A DNA stretch of 58,082 bases, filler included, from Sphacelaria rigidula (taxonomy: Eukaryota), in the NCBI GenBank assembly GCA_964200075.2. It is 8 parts of 8 records of this genome, joined end to end, with 100 filler letters (N's around TTAATTAATTAA, not from the genome) between each part and the next. Parts side by side here need not be neighbours in the genome. Positions count along the whole stretch, not along the records: positions 29,093 to 36,265 come from CAXNAA020016139.1; positions 36,366 to 43,538 come from CAXNAA020016140.1; positions 43,639 to 50,810 come from CAXNAA020016141.1; 5 more parts are not named here. One strand, 5' to 3'. Below the pieces are notes generated by a model. That model was not told the origin of the DNA and did not search any database. It saw only the letters and a program-made list of their open reading frames with translations. The number at the start of each line of letters is the position of its first letter. Positions within the stretch are counted from its first letter, which is position 1. A program made the position numbers and the translations under genes. Positions 35,891-47,908 of this stretch are shown here, one piece after another.

Positions 35891-37769
35891 TGAGAGGCCG
35901 CCAGTACACCAGTACATGGCCCTCTTACGTACGTCCTACAATATGCCTCCTGAACCACCATGGAAACCCACCAAATTGGCCCGCTTCAGAAAAGAGAGGC
36001 TGTGGAACGAGTGTACCTACACAGCAGCGGGTGTTGGGAGACCGTACAAACGATGGAACAATCCATGAGTACCAGCAGCACGCCCTCTGCAGACCCTAAT
36101 TTCTGTCTCCGATCCGCGCCTTCGTCCTGTTCTCTTTCTTTGCACTTTGCTTCTTGATCTAGCGTGTTTATTCTCTTTTCGCCTTGGAGTCGACTGCGTT
36201 GTCGTTGCGTGGGACTGCTGTGTCAGCTTCGCTGTGCCTCCTTCCTTTCGTACCGTCTCTACTCGNNNNNNNNNNNNNNNNNNNNNNNNNNNNNNNNNNN
36301 NNNNNNNNNTTAATTAATTAANNNNNNNNNNNNNNNNNNNNNNNNNNNNNNNNNNNNNNNNNNNNCCTTGTTTTTTTTCTTCTTTTTTTTCCCTCCTTTG
36401 TTTTTTTTTTCTCTTTTTTTTCTTTTTCTTTTTTTCTCCCTCCCCCCCCCCCCCCTCCTTTTTTTTTCGAGCTTTGTCTCAAACGAGTGTTGACGTTTTT
36501 TTCAACTCTATTACACCTGTCTTGTAACGGCGGCTAGATTTGCAGCGGAACAGTTCGTGTGTGACAACAAAGTCAATAAATCCGTCATCCGGATCGTAGG
36601 GCGTGGTTCTGACATCTGTGTGGTACATGATGCTTGTAGACCCCCTCGGATCACTTGTTTGCTGCAACCATGCCATCATGGACTCTTCTTCACTGAGACT
36701 TGGTGTGTAGCAGGAGACATGCGATATCTTTTCCTACGGCGAGAAATTGCGGGAACAAGTGTAGCGCGCTTGCAGTGCCCACTCTCTTCCCGGACGAAAC
36801 TACAGCCACACTACTTGTACGCATCCACGAGTCCCGCCGAGTGGCTTCTTGCGACTGTGCTACTACCTCCCTATCGGATTGTGAGCTACTCGCACCAAAG
36901 CTGCCCAACCTCTACTACTCGATCTCGTACACAGTTTTTTGTGTACTGTAATCCTGAAGATCTGATTCATTCAATGGCCGCCGTGCAGGCGGAGGAGATG
37001 CGCTTGTGGGCAGCCTGGTGGGCGTGTGCGGTGACGAAACATGCCAGTCGACGGGCTTATGAGGCGCACGGGCGAGCGATGTCCGCGACGCATGTCATGG
37101 AACACATTGGGGGCGTTTTAGAGGAAATAGCGCCCAGCCCCCGCGTGCAGGGGTAATGTCGTCGTCGTCGTGTGCGCGTTTATGTATAGTAAAGGGTTGT
37201 TCGCTTACACTTTCTATGTGTGTGTGACTTCGTGTTTACCGGCTGTGGAGTTCTCTTCTTGCTCGTATGTACCGTAATTACCTTGTTCGTTTCCGTGTGC
37301 TGAGTGTTACCATGTTTGTGACAATTGTTGTCTCGAGGAACAGTTGCACAAACTGCTGCTTGGTGACCTGTCCCCCCCCCCCCCTCCCCCCTATTTTGTT
37401 TTCGTCGCGTGCCTGCCGGCGACATGCGGGTAGACGCGTAGGCGCCCGTCCCGTTGTCGCTTCACGTGCCCTCGGGTACAATAGATCCATTGTATGCCAG
37501 TGTCCACGCGGTTCGATGAGGCGAACTCGCAGCGTAGAAGTCTATTTCGATGGCTCTATTCCGGCCGTGCTCTTGCTGCGTGTTTCCCAACTCGCGAAGA
37601 CAGTGGAGCCCTACTGGTGTATGTGCTTCTTCAGGTGGAATGCGGGAGGTTCACAGAAGTGCAATGCTGCCTTGATGTTGTAGATAGCATCCTTGTTAGG
37701 GGTTCTCGGGTTATTCAAACACCTAGGGCTCATGTTTGGGCTCATATTTTTGGGGGGCTCGGGGGGAGG

Positions 37770-38638
37770 GGTACTCAATTGTTGCTCGCTTTAGTCATTT
37801 GACCTTTGACCACGCATCGCTGTCGAGACGGAGCACCGTTCCTCCTCCTGATAGAGACACCTTCAACATGTGGGCGCTCATTACGTTTCTTACATATACT
37901 ACACAAGAACATTTTGCATATCTTATCCCTTTCCTATTTCGCCGTCCAGGACGGATGGGGGGTGTATTCATGATCTTGCATGTCATCGTTATATGGCCAT
38001 TGACCTCGATCCCTACAAGGCGGAGCATGCCGAGTTTCCACCGGAGCAGGATCGCAATCAATAACCAAGCGCGAAGCGCCGTGGTGTCTTCGGCGAGTCG
38101 AATGAAGTGTGAGCTGCATCCTGCTAGGATTGTTCGGCCCGAAACGCACTGATTATCTTGTATATGGATGGCAGCCTCCAATGTGTTCTTTCATTCTCTG
38201 TTATCTCCATTCCCAGAGACAGCCGCGAGGTATACATTGCCTCATGGGTGTCTCACCATTTAAACACTACGTAGTATGATCATCCCCATTGCGCGGAATT
38301 GAGGTTATCTTACCCTGCACAATATGATCTAGCTCGACCACCATCATCGTTACCGCAAAAAAAATAAGCGGAAGCGCGCAAAAATAAGCGGCAACCTGGT
38401 TGCCTAGTTTACGCAGTGAGAGGCGTGTTTTACAGCGTCATCGCCAACCGACGCCAACCTCATAGAGGTGTGTCCGGGAGGGGTGTACTCATGATCATGC
38501 ATGCCATTGTCATAAGACCATTGATATGTCCGGGAGGGGGGGGCGCGTACTCATTTGTTGCTTGCAGTCGTCATTTGACTATATCAAGCATCTATCTCGA
38601 GACGCAGGACCGTTCCTACTCTTTACTAGAGACACCTG
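37770..38638 (-). mobile_element. Stack of four retroposon 3' ends (A, B, short B, A) separated by G/C tracts
   Basis: A at 37770-37925, B at 37962-38460, short B at 38484-38526 with 13-bp TSD TGTCCGGGAGGGG, A at 38545-38638. Confidence 0.75.
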
Positions 38639-40160
38639 GTAAGGCTTGGGGGGTGGAGAAAATCGTCAATACTCGATCGGAACCGACTGTAAATACACCG
38701 GATGTGTGACCTGGACTAGTATTCGAGGAATTGAAATCGTGTAGTTTTACGTCTGATACAGTACATCAAGAATAAAGGCTAGATAGAGGTCGTCCTTGTG
38801 CTCCTTTGGGGCACAGCGGCCAGCGAGATTTTTCCGTGCTAAAGCACAGGAGCTTTTTTTTCCAGCTGTATTTTGCCGACAACACACACTGTTGCCTCCT
38901 TTCCATACCCGTAATACATTAAACCGGGGGAAAACAAGCGGGATCGTGGTCATGCACAACTGCATAAAAGTCGGGCAATTCCAACAAAGCCGTCGTCTGA
39001 AACCGTAACTTGGTTCATTCGTCCTCACTTCCCGTAGGCGTCGCATTTTCTGTCCTTGATTCGCCTACTCTGGTCACTCTTAGAGTTTTTGTTGGCCGCT
39101 GGTATTCTTCCTTGTTTGCACTGTCGATACTGTCCAGCCGACCCGTTACGTGTACATGAACGGTCGCTGGCGCATTTCGCATCAAAATAGTCGTTGGACT
39201 GGCAATCGGCCCTTTGAAGGTATGAAAGAAATCTTGAGCCTTGCATATGCTCACGTAGATTGTTCTCCCACCTCCTTAGCCATCCTTTGAGCGCTCATAG
39301 GCGGACACGTGATTCTGAAATCATGTTTCAGGTAAAGCTGATGTCGATTCAACAGACGGACGAAGGCTTTCAAGAGTCGGGCAAATCATGTCGAGCGAAT
39401 GATGATTCGTCTGAAAATTGCTTGGTTTCGAGTCTTCCTACGATAGCCCCCCCCCCCCCAAAACCAGCCCAAAACTGTCACGAAGAAAATAGTCATACAG
39501 CGCCTGATGTTTGGTTTCAGGCTGCATGCAGCGCTTCATATCGGCGACATTGGCGAAAACGAACCCAAGCGTGGGAATTCCCAGCTGCTTGTTGTGCTCG
39601 GCTTTTTTCATTTCGACTTCCATGTAGATTTTGCCCCCCCAAACCGGCCACCCTTTTAAAGGGGGCTGTCGTAAAAAGTGTGTTTGAGTGTAATTGATTC
39701 GTACCGTGCGGATCAACCCTTGCTTTGTTTTTCAGCATTTTACCCTAGATACAGGCACCGCAGGCACGTGGAATAGCGCAAATATGTCGTCGGGACCTTT
39801 CTTTCACCGGCGGCCAACTTTGTTTTCTCTTTTTTCGAGCAATCAGGCCCTGCAAATCGTAGATTTGGTGATTCGAACCAGCGATGATTCGTCCGACCCA
39901 TGAAAGGATTGGCCCTTGCAGCACTCGCAGAGAGACACCTGCGCCTGACGGACATTTCTAATGTGAAGATGATCCCAAGTCAACACAACATCTTCTGTAT
40001 ATATCGCAGCAGCAGCAGCAGCAGTGATGGGCAGCGTGTAACACTTCCAAGGTGAAGCACGAGAAAGCATGTACTCTGTACGAAACTGGCTAGGCGAAGA
40101 CGAACATGGACTGAGCGTGCTGACTCGAAACCGGTCAGGGGTTCTCCTGTTACCAATTAA

Positions 40161-40608
40161 CAACGGGATTTTACAAATTGGGGATGGGTTTTTTGTTGAG
40201 AATGGGAACCCGGAAGATTAAAATCTTCGTATCCACACAAAATATTCGGAATATAGTTCCACTCCTTCACCTACTGGTGGCTATCGACAACTACTACACG
40301 CCATACAAAGTTGGATCCTGATAACCGACATGGGATCCTAGGTGAAGGAACAATTTTGGGGAATTTAGATGATCCGATAAGATCGACGAAATTCCCCCAA
40401 ACTGGTTTTTCACCTAGGGCCCCATCATTGCGGTTATCGAAATTCAAATTTGTACGGCGTGTAGTAGTTGTCAACAGCTACCAGCAAGTGAAGAACTGGA
40501 ACCGTATTTCGAGTACGAGTACAGTATTTGGTGTGGATACGGGGATTTTAATTCTCCGGGTTTCTCATTCTTAATTAAAAATCCATCCCCAGTCTGTAAA
40601 ATCCCTTG
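40161..40608. mobile_element. About 450-bp foldback MITE
   Basis: Palindromic over most of its length (cgggattttacaaattgggga...tccccagtctgtaaaatccc). TTAA on both sides. Confidence 0.85.
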
Positions 40609-43009
40609 TTAACTTTCATACAAGAGCTCTCGACATCCACCTCTTCATGTAGGTAAGCGTGCTGTGTTACCTGGAGGACAACACTTCTTAGGCCAAGTTG
40701 GTCGTGGCCCATCATAATTGTCCATGTACGCGGGGATCGCAGTCGAGAGGTTAAAGTTGCGCGGCTAGTTTTTCATCGCGAGGCATCATTTCGTTTCGTA
40801 ATTGGAAAATGGACACCCCCAGAAATTAGCACATGCGGAAGTACAGCCCAGAGTGTGCACACACGATGCCTGCACTGTCTGCACTATTGATGCGATGTCC
40901 TGTTGTTATTAGGGACGATCGTTGTAATATCTGGCCACAGTGGTGCTGTGTTATGACACCGCGAGATGGAATATGGAGTGTAGCACGGAGTCCCAAAACA
41001 ATCATCACGTGCAACGAACATTCTCCCGTTTGTCTCGATGAAGGATGGAGAAGTGGTTGGCAGGGTTTCTAGAAGCAATTCAACCATCGTCTTCTTCGAA
41101 TGGACCACCCAATATATGCTACCCTTATTAATAGGCGGCGAGGGGAGTAGGTCATCTGTTGGATCGGCACCAATTTCACTTGAAAAAAGTATGCATGACC
41201 CAGTTGGACTACCCTCCTCGCGGTCCAAGGGTTAAACGAGGTACGTTGAGTCAATCTCTGACCAAAATACCGGTGCGAAGTTACCGGCTATAGAATCATG
41301 TCGCGTAACCGTTTGATCGCGACGCAGTCCGTTCAAGTCAAGCCCACGTATGCTAACGTATCACGTTGTTTATCTTCATTTTTTTCCTCTTGGCGGATGG
41401 TTGCTCCTACTTCAATTAAAAGACACTCCAAACTCTTTGCGATCAAAGCGTCAACAAGGAGAGTAAAACCCTCAAAATATCGTGTACTGGACGCTTCAGC
41501 AATACATCCGCGCTGGGTTTACGAGGCGACCTAAAGTTTTGGTCGTGTATCTCTGGTTGATTTTTTTCGAAAAAACTAACAATAACGCTGACCCTGACCC
41601 TGACCCCGAACCAAGGCGTACGAGGCCCTCGGGCAAGGGGGGTGCATAGGTTCCCCTTGACAAAATGTGCGTTGGCAGACCTGAAATCGACGCCGCAGGC
41701 GCCGATATCGACAAAAACACGTCCTGGACGAGCTGGGTCCACTGCTCACTTGCCCCAAACCATGAATTTTCTCAAGACTTTCTCAAGTCTAAAATTAAGT
41801 CATACTGTCAACCATAGATGACTTAAGAATGACTTAATTGGTCTACTGGTCTATACGCCGTGCTCCTGTAGTCTGTGTTGTTACTGACGTTTTGTGTCTC
41901 GCTGCATGGTGGATACCTTTCCTCAGCGGGCAGCGCCCCTCTGCCTGCTCCCGCTTCACTCCCGAGACGTCATTCGTGTCTGGATAAACATTGAACCGCT
42001 GCTAGACGCGGTAGCCAGCGTCAATGATGTAGTTGTATAATATGTGGCGCATACGTGACAGGCACGCGGTTATGAGACGGTATAAAAATACGGATACTTC
42101 AAGGCTGGCATCCACGCGTACATGTATGCCCGCGGTGATTCGATTTCGAAATTGCATCCCTCAGCGTGCATACCTCGCCATCCCCGCCCCAAAGTATAAC
42201 ACATCCAAATAGCTCGGACTGCCCCTGCACCGTGGTCTATACGAACAAATAGACACAGATCCACCATACTCTGGAGAGAAACATGCACAGCACTATAAAA
42301 TCGGCAGGGATACGCACAGCAGAGTATTAGTACAAACAAACGCCGGGTAGAAGCACAAACAAACGCCGGATAGAAGCAGCTGCGGTTTGCTACACAGGCC
42401 GCCGTCATCAAGTGGTGGAGAAGAAGGGGTCGTGATGCGGATGGCAATCAGCTGAGTTAACCATGACAGTAACTCGTTATTACTGTACCCGAAGTAAAGT
42501 GGCCAAAACTCACAAGGCACATATTTTTCGAGTCACTGACAATCTATCTACGAAGGTTTCGCTTGTCCAGGGCGGCGAGACAGAGCATCTCATACTAGGC
42601 CCGGTTCGCCCTTGTCCCAGTCATCTCCAATTCGACCGAACATGGGCTTTGCCGGAGGTGCACCGATAGGCAACTTCCCCTCTCCCCTGAAATAATGATC
42701 AGACGAAAAAATGCCGAGAGCGGAGGGGCAGTGGCACCGTTAATATAATAGTCTGTTCAACCCATCAGACGCTCGTGACTTTTGTGTCAGCAAACACATT
42801 TGAGTATTTTCATCTCAGGCCTATTCTCAGTCGATTTACAGCGATAAACAAGCACGGTATCATTGAGAGCAACGCTTCGCCCTGTGAATATCATCCATCA
42901 CGGTACGAGCACAAGAATGCACGGGGGGCGACAAGAGGTGTGACATTGTTGTTGCCGCCAGTCCCCGCGGGCACAAGAGCTAACGACCCCCGCCCCCTTG
43001 CCAGTGAAT

Positions 43010-43538
43010 GCGAGCCTAGTCCAGCAAAAACCCGACGTCGTCCGTCCCGGGTTTGTAGGGATGCGAGGTCAGTAGTCTTGTGACTACGGCATGCAAGATT
43101 ACGAGTACCCCCCCCCTTTCTCCCCAACGTTTCTGCAACCTCACTTTTTGGTCGCCTCTCCCTCCTCTCGGGCAAACGGGGTGCCCAGTTTTCGTTGCCT
43201 GTAGAGTCGCTTGAGCTTCACCGGGATACAGTAGTGTCCTGCTTGCTCCGCAGTGACTGTAGGACCCACAGCAGCGAGGCGCGTGGGTACAGGGTCCATG
43301 ATCTCTCGCAAAAGCGACCCCGCGCGCGCTACTGACATCCGGAGCTGGTTGGTCTCTGGCTCGTGTTGTTTTCATGTTGTATTGGTACAGCGGAATCGAA
43401 ACCGGAAAAAAAAAAACATCGCGGAAGAAGTCGGCGTAGCGATTACAAGAATATGCCCCCCCTTGAGGTGTCTCTATTAGGAGTAGGAACGGTGCTCCGT
43501 CTCGAGAGGGATGCGTGGTCAACGGTCAAACAACTGAG
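43010..43538 (+). mobile_element. Family B 3' tail (43010-43107) and family A 3' tail (43463-43538), each adjacent to a C-run
   Basis: gtagggatgcgaggtca...gcaagattacgagta(C)n; (C)n-ttgaggtgtctc...gggatgcgtggtcaacggtcaaac. Confidence 0.7.
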
Positions 43539-43673
43539 NNNNNNNNNNNNNNNNNNNNNNNNNNNNNNNNNNNNNNNNNNNNTTAATTAATTAANNNNNN
43601 NNNNNNNNNNNNNNNNNNNNNNNNNNNNNNNNNNNNNNTCCCCGTCTTTTTCACGTACGTATTTCGTTGCTGA

Positions 43674-45745
43674 CTACATGGGCGAAGGTGTTGGTTGAGC
43701 GCTAGAGGGAGTAGGTGTCGGTTGAGCGCTAGAGGGCGCAGGTGTTGGTTGAGCGGTAGACGGAGCAGGTGTCGGTTGAGCGCTAGAGGGAGAAGGTGTC
43801 GGTTGAGCGCTAGAGGGAGAAGGTGTCGGTTGAACGGTAGTGGGAGCAGGTGTCGGCTGAGCGGTAGTGGGAGCAGGTGTCGGCTGAGCGGTAGTGGGCG
43901 CAGGTGTGGGCGGCGCGGTCGTGGGCGCCGGTGTTGGAGAGTTCCCGTTGAGGAGAACCAGCTGCAAGACGCAGTTGTTGTCCGCGACAGTACAAACTAC
44001 CGGGAACGTCTGAACTGGGTTTCCCCACACTGCGGTGAACGTGGAGGCCACGCGTGGGGTACGACCGACGACACTGCCGTTGACCACCACGACCACAAAC
44101 GGGTTCGAGTCAGCTCGGGAACCACTTGTGTCGAAAATTGTGGCCGACCTGATGGTGATCCTCACCTGGTGCGGGTTCACGACAGGGTCAACGTCAACAT
44201 GGTTCAATAAAGGGTCAGTCAAGTTGTCGACACGCCGTTACGGGTTCATAATACCATGGTCTAGATCACGACCATCATAATATGGCAAACATCGACAGCA
44301 CAAGACCGGGGAGTGACCTTCTTCATCCTCTATACATATATTTCACGTCGAAGCAGAAACCGACTAGCGGATTTGCCCTTTCTTCCGTGCCGCTGTATCC
44401 GTGACGGTGTCTCCACAATTCAACGGTGTGTGAGACTATGAAGTCGCAAAAGCAGTGTCCATGGCTATTTGCCAAAGTGCACTCGTCACACTGCTCACGT
44501 TGAACACTTGTTGCAGACTGCGGCTCATATCGTCGTGCGAGACAGCGACTGCTTGCCTGTCCCCGATCGACTCCAGCCTTCGCCCACCCGCCGTCACGCT
44601 GAAGGTGATAGATCCCACGGGCTCTCCGGTTGGTCCGCTCACGATGGCCGACGACTCAGCGCCCACCACCAAAACTCCGATGGGGACAAATGCCTCGCCC
44701 AGCACAACTTCCGCAATTCCTGTAGCGTGTGTCGAGAAAGAGGCAGGGGTGTGAACTACGCCATAATTGAGCTACATGACACTTCCATGCGCGCAGCACG
44801 TTCTTGTTTTTGTGATGACCATCGGGCCATATTAGACGGGCCAGAGGTCAGCACAATATCGTAAATTGATAGGCTCCCACCTATTATGCTAGCATAATAA
44901 TTCCTGGCACATTTCCACCGTGGTTGCATGATAAGCATGACGTTTCAGCAAGTAGCACAAATATCACTGCGTTTCAGTAAGTATCATGACCGAGCACACT
45001 CTCCGCATTAGCAGAATAATAGATAATATTTTTCCACCTTGGAGGTTGGCACACTGGTCTTATGCTGGTCAGGTGCAAAATTGCGGGTCAAACCTCCACC
45101 ATCCTCGACCGCGGGTCTGAAAAACGTGTACCCTCTGATACAAGTCGTTTACTGACACTGATGACTGCTGCCGAGATACCCCCCCCCCCAAACCGGCCAA
45201 AAATGTGCACGGAGGCGATGATTATAAATGCCGTTAAAGCTGGTTTCGTGTTCCACGACGCGACTTATTGGGGCGTTATAGCTGATTCCGGACTGCTTCA
45301 AGCCTTTCATGTGGGCGGCATTGCTGCAAATGAGCCCAATAGTGGGATCGCAGCCGGTTTGTCGGACAGTCTCCCGTGCACCTTTTGTGCGGGAGCTATC
45401 TCGGCATTAGTCTGATGACAATCTAAAATTTTCCATTCGAAAACGGCATCCTTGTTTTGCGTACCAAGGGCACAGTCGGGAATAAACCCACGTTGCGGGC
45501 ATTAATCAAGCATACGTTTTGGTGACATTCATTCATCCCCAACCCAAGCATGTAATAGGTTAGAGTCTACTCGTAACCACCTCACTCACCGGGTAGCAAG
45601 GGTAGGATGGGAAGCAGCACAACCCGGGACGGCGTAGGCTGCGCTGTTGTCGGAGCCGGCGTTGGCTGTCCTGTTGTCACAGCGGCAGTTGGCGCTGCTG
45701 TCGTCGGGGCCGGTGTTGGCATCATGGTCGGAGCCGGGGTCTTCA
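43674..45745 (-). CDS. Partial C2-like domain / Pro-Thr-rich mucin-repeat protein. Exons 45745-45590, 44719-44499, 44165-about 43674
   Basis: Phase-compatible GT-AG joins give KTPAPTMMPTPAPTTAAP...LPLLP/GIAEVVLGEAFVPIG..PVGSITFSVTAGGRRLE..RSLQQVFN/VRITIRSATIFDTSGSRADSNPFVVVVVNGSVVGRTPRVASTFTAVWGNPVQTF..LQLVLLNGNS followed by about 10 PTPAPTTAQ-like repeats. The C2 pattern is S[DN]P[YF]V..G[KR]T......[PA].W...F. Confidence 0.75.
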
Positions 45746-45784
45746 CTGCAACACAAACGTGGACACACCAGGAACAGGACATCG

Positions 45785-45991
45785 TGTAATGCGTGAGAGG
45801 ACCGCGTGCTTGGAGGACCGCGCCGTTGTTCAAAATACCTCATGGCGTTTTTCAAAACCAATCGGACCAGTCCCTGCAGGTACCACACCCCTGACCCCAA
45901 CCCCAACACTAGCCCCAACCCTAACCCTTGCCATAGGGGTGTTCAAATTCCGATGCGGTCCTCTAAGCACGCGGCCCTCTCACGCATTACA
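45785..45991. mobile_element. TGT..ACA MITE with 5-bp TSD CATCG, intronic
   Basis: Both TIRs are intact. CATCG at 45780-45784 and 45992-45996. Internal CCCTAA/CCCCAA repeats. Confidence 0.92.
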
Positions 45992-46529
45992 CATCGTACA
46001 CATACGTGAGCACATCCTGCGCAAATTCCAACATTGCAAATAACATGATCATGCCAAGAAATCAACCCTATCGTCGAAACATAATTTAGGGTTGACCTGT
46101 ACCCCTGTCACAGGCCGATGTTTGTTTCTGCACACGCGGGAACGATATATTACTGACGTGAACCCACGATCTCGATTTGGGCCACCTTCACTACTCGTGA
46201 ACGGGGTTTTCATATGTCGACGATGCTCTCACCACGGCGTCTCCTACCACCCCTTCGCCCACGGCGTCTCCTGCCACCCCTACGCCTCTTGCCCCTGCCT
46301 CTCCTTCTCCTTCTCCTCCCCCGTCCCTTCCGCCCTCTCCGTAGGCTCCTTTGGTCTGGTTCCGGCGGGCAGTGTGAGTATTAGAAAGCACATACATGGT
46401 TAAACAAGGACCCGTCGGCGATTACATGACGACAGTTGTGGGTTTGAGAAAGGACCCCGGTGTATCGAGCACAGCACCACCGGCTCCAAAGGGGTGGCTG
46501 TAATCACTTTCAGTGTCGCGATAGTCATA

Positions 46530-46896
46530 TGTTGAATATAGTTCATCCACGAACCGTAGCCAAGAGCATGAGCGGGTTAATTGCGCGGTATTGGATTATT
46601 CGGGCGGAACTGTAGAGAACGTTCCTTGTGTTTCGAGAAAAGATACACTCTTCCATTTTCCTTTATTTGGGACTGTACTTGAGATCTTGGATCGTAAGCA
46701 GTCGAGAACGGAGTAGTGTCCTACTCTCTCACTCGCCTCTCTTCACTCAATTTCTACGTGTGGGTAGTAATAACAAAGAGTTGTAACACACCTTCATCTT
46801 CTTCCCAGTTACTGCACGGGGGCAGTACTCTGTTTGAGCACACAGCACAGGGCTGTCGTTGCTGCGGCGTCATCTGGTCCACCGATCATTTGAACA
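46530..46896 (+). mobile_element. Probable Ty1/Copia LTR
   Basis: TGTTG...GAACA ends lie immediately upstream of the gag-like ATG at 46935. Parts recur at 47905-48000 (direct) and 48395-48578 (inverted). Confidence 0.55.
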
Positions 46897-46934
46897 CGTT
46901 ATTGTATAGTTCGAACTAGCATCGTTGCTCTAAC

Positions 46935-47908
46935 ATGGCGGACCAAGGCAGTGTTGTGGAAAGAATTAGGGGCGCTGATCGAGACGCAGACAAGGACCTT
47001 GGAAGGAAGGCTGTCGCGCATCGAGATGGCTCAGGAAAGCAGAGGCGGACGAAGCAGGTCCGCAAGTGAAGATCAAGCGTCAACTTCAGATGACGCTGCT
47101 GTGAGCAGAGAGCGGGTGGGATCTGCTCCCGGCCGCAGAGGTAGAGTCAACCCCGACGGCCCGCTACAAGTTGTTGTTGAGGCTGGGAATGTAGGAGGCA
47201 GCACCTTTGCGTCAAGTCCTAGGGAAATGAGCAGTATCAAAACTACTGTGCCCAAGCTCGGAGGCAGTGTTGCCTTTCCTCTATGGAAAAGGCGGTAGTA
47301 TTCATTCATCATCGACAACACAACTGATCACTTGAGTATTCATTCGCCATCGACGAGTAGTGAGCCGTCTACCGACGAAAACCTCTTAGTCGAGACGAGT
47401 GACTCGTCTTCATCAACCAACAGTAATTCGATTCCAGCGGCAGTGCGGACTGCAGCGCGGCAACTCGAGACAAATTTGGTAGGATATGGTAATGGTGAGG
47501 ACCTTGGGCGGACGAGAGCGCAGACACGGGCGTTGAATCAAGAAGCATCAGGGCTTGTGGCCATGTTGGGGCCCGATGAAGGAGGCAAGATTATCTACGG
47601 CATGCTGGCAGTACAAGAGGTTACCCGCAAACCGGGCGAGCTCCCAAAACGTCTCGTCAAGGAAGCAGGGCCGGAACCGTTGTCATACACCGCCGCGTGT
47701 TCATCAAAATACTCGGATGTATGGAAGGAGGCGATGAGGGTGGAGGTCGATGGGCTCATGGCTGCTGGTGACGTTGTGGCGATGATGGTTTTTCATGTAG
47801 ACGACATCATGATAGCAGCTACTGAGGAAGTGACTAAAGTGATAGTAGGTGCACTCAATCAGAGATTTCCAACTAAACACCTTGGGGAGGTGGAGTGGTA
47901 CATGGGCA
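46935..47908 (+). mobile_element. Internally deleted Ty1/Copia relic (gag start plus RT fragments)
   Basis: VPKLGGSVAFPLWKRR (gag); EPLSYTAACSSKYSDVWKEAMRVEVDGL fused to MVFHVDDIMIAA..LNQRFPTKHLGEVEWYMGI (Copia RT motifs). Confidence 0.85.

Noticed and set aside
35815-35915. CRISPR-like repeat array
   Set aside because: The 18-bp units are contiguous with no spacers, there are no cas genes and the context is eukaryotic
36557-37156. 199-aa ORF
   Set aside because: No recognisable domain or convincing splice structure
38700-41530. Possible decayed coding region around the foldback MITE
   Set aside because: Many stops in all frames and no motif I can recognise
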